Shown here in pieces: positions 63,447 to 64,000 of a stretch of 64,000 bases of DNA; the stretch's first letter is position 1; each line of letters starts with the position of its first letter. The stretch lies in the NCBI GenBank assembly GCA_964016885.1, contig OZ024747.1:30690001-30754000 (forward strand). The letters run 5' to 3'. Position numbers and translations under genes: made by a program. This DNA is from Eledone cirrhosa. Lineage: Eukaryota. The notes below the pieces were generated by a model that saw nothing but the letters and a program-made list of their open reading frames with translations, did not search any database and had not been told where the DNA came from.

Positions 63447-63785
63447 ATCATCATCATCATCATTTTTACATCCACTTTTCCCTGCTTGCAAGGGTGGGAC
63501 GGGAACTGATTCTGGCTTGATTTCTACAGCTGGATGCCCTTCCTAACACCAACCTCATTTACAGTGAGTGCTGGGTGCTTTTTTTCTGTGGCGCCTACAC
63601 GTCCACTTTACAGTGGAATGATATGGACCCTAGTCCTATCATCTCATTTCTACAGCTGAGTAAACTGGAGCAATGTGAAATAAAGTGTCTTGTTCTAGGA
63701 AATAACACATCACCCAGTCTGAGAATTGAACTCACAACCTTTCGATTGCAAGGCCAATGCTCTAACCGCTAAGCCATGTGCCTCC
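63447..63785 (-). mobile_element. SINE family A
   Basis: Highly similar to the 51478 copy. Confidence 0.9.

Positions 63786-64000
<215 letters not shown>

Overview
AT-rich, microsatellite-dense eukaryotic DNA. The SINE families and the repeat landscape look like an octopod cephalopod; this is recognition from memory, not verified. Host-gene signal is limited to three minus-strand, phase-compatible coding exons (63089-62875, 49523-49332, 33829-33700) of a multi-CUB-domain protein, separated by 13-15 kb introns. No further exon was found. The rest is mostly transposon-derived: a Mag-like Ty3/Gypsy element at the left edge, many RTE LINEs of several subfamilies, a near-intact Tx1/L1 LINE, R4/Dong LINEs, two Penelope-like elements with terminal inverted repeats, a non-autonomous Helitron, a mariner-like MITE, two tRNA-derived SINE families and a 3.4-kb CA-rich satellite. 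The most interesting signal is a set of short, non-coding, mutually dissimilar fold-back elements sitting in (TA)n tracts and carrying hammerhead-ribozyme cores. One of them (12536-12610) has a complete type I core. They look like non-autonomous Penelope/retrozyme-like elements. A second pattern is that retroelement clades sort by microsatellite: (TA)n holds RTE, Penelope-like and Helitron insertions, (TAA)n holds Dong, and (GATA)n holds Tx1. All coordinates were read by eye and repeat boundaries are approximate.
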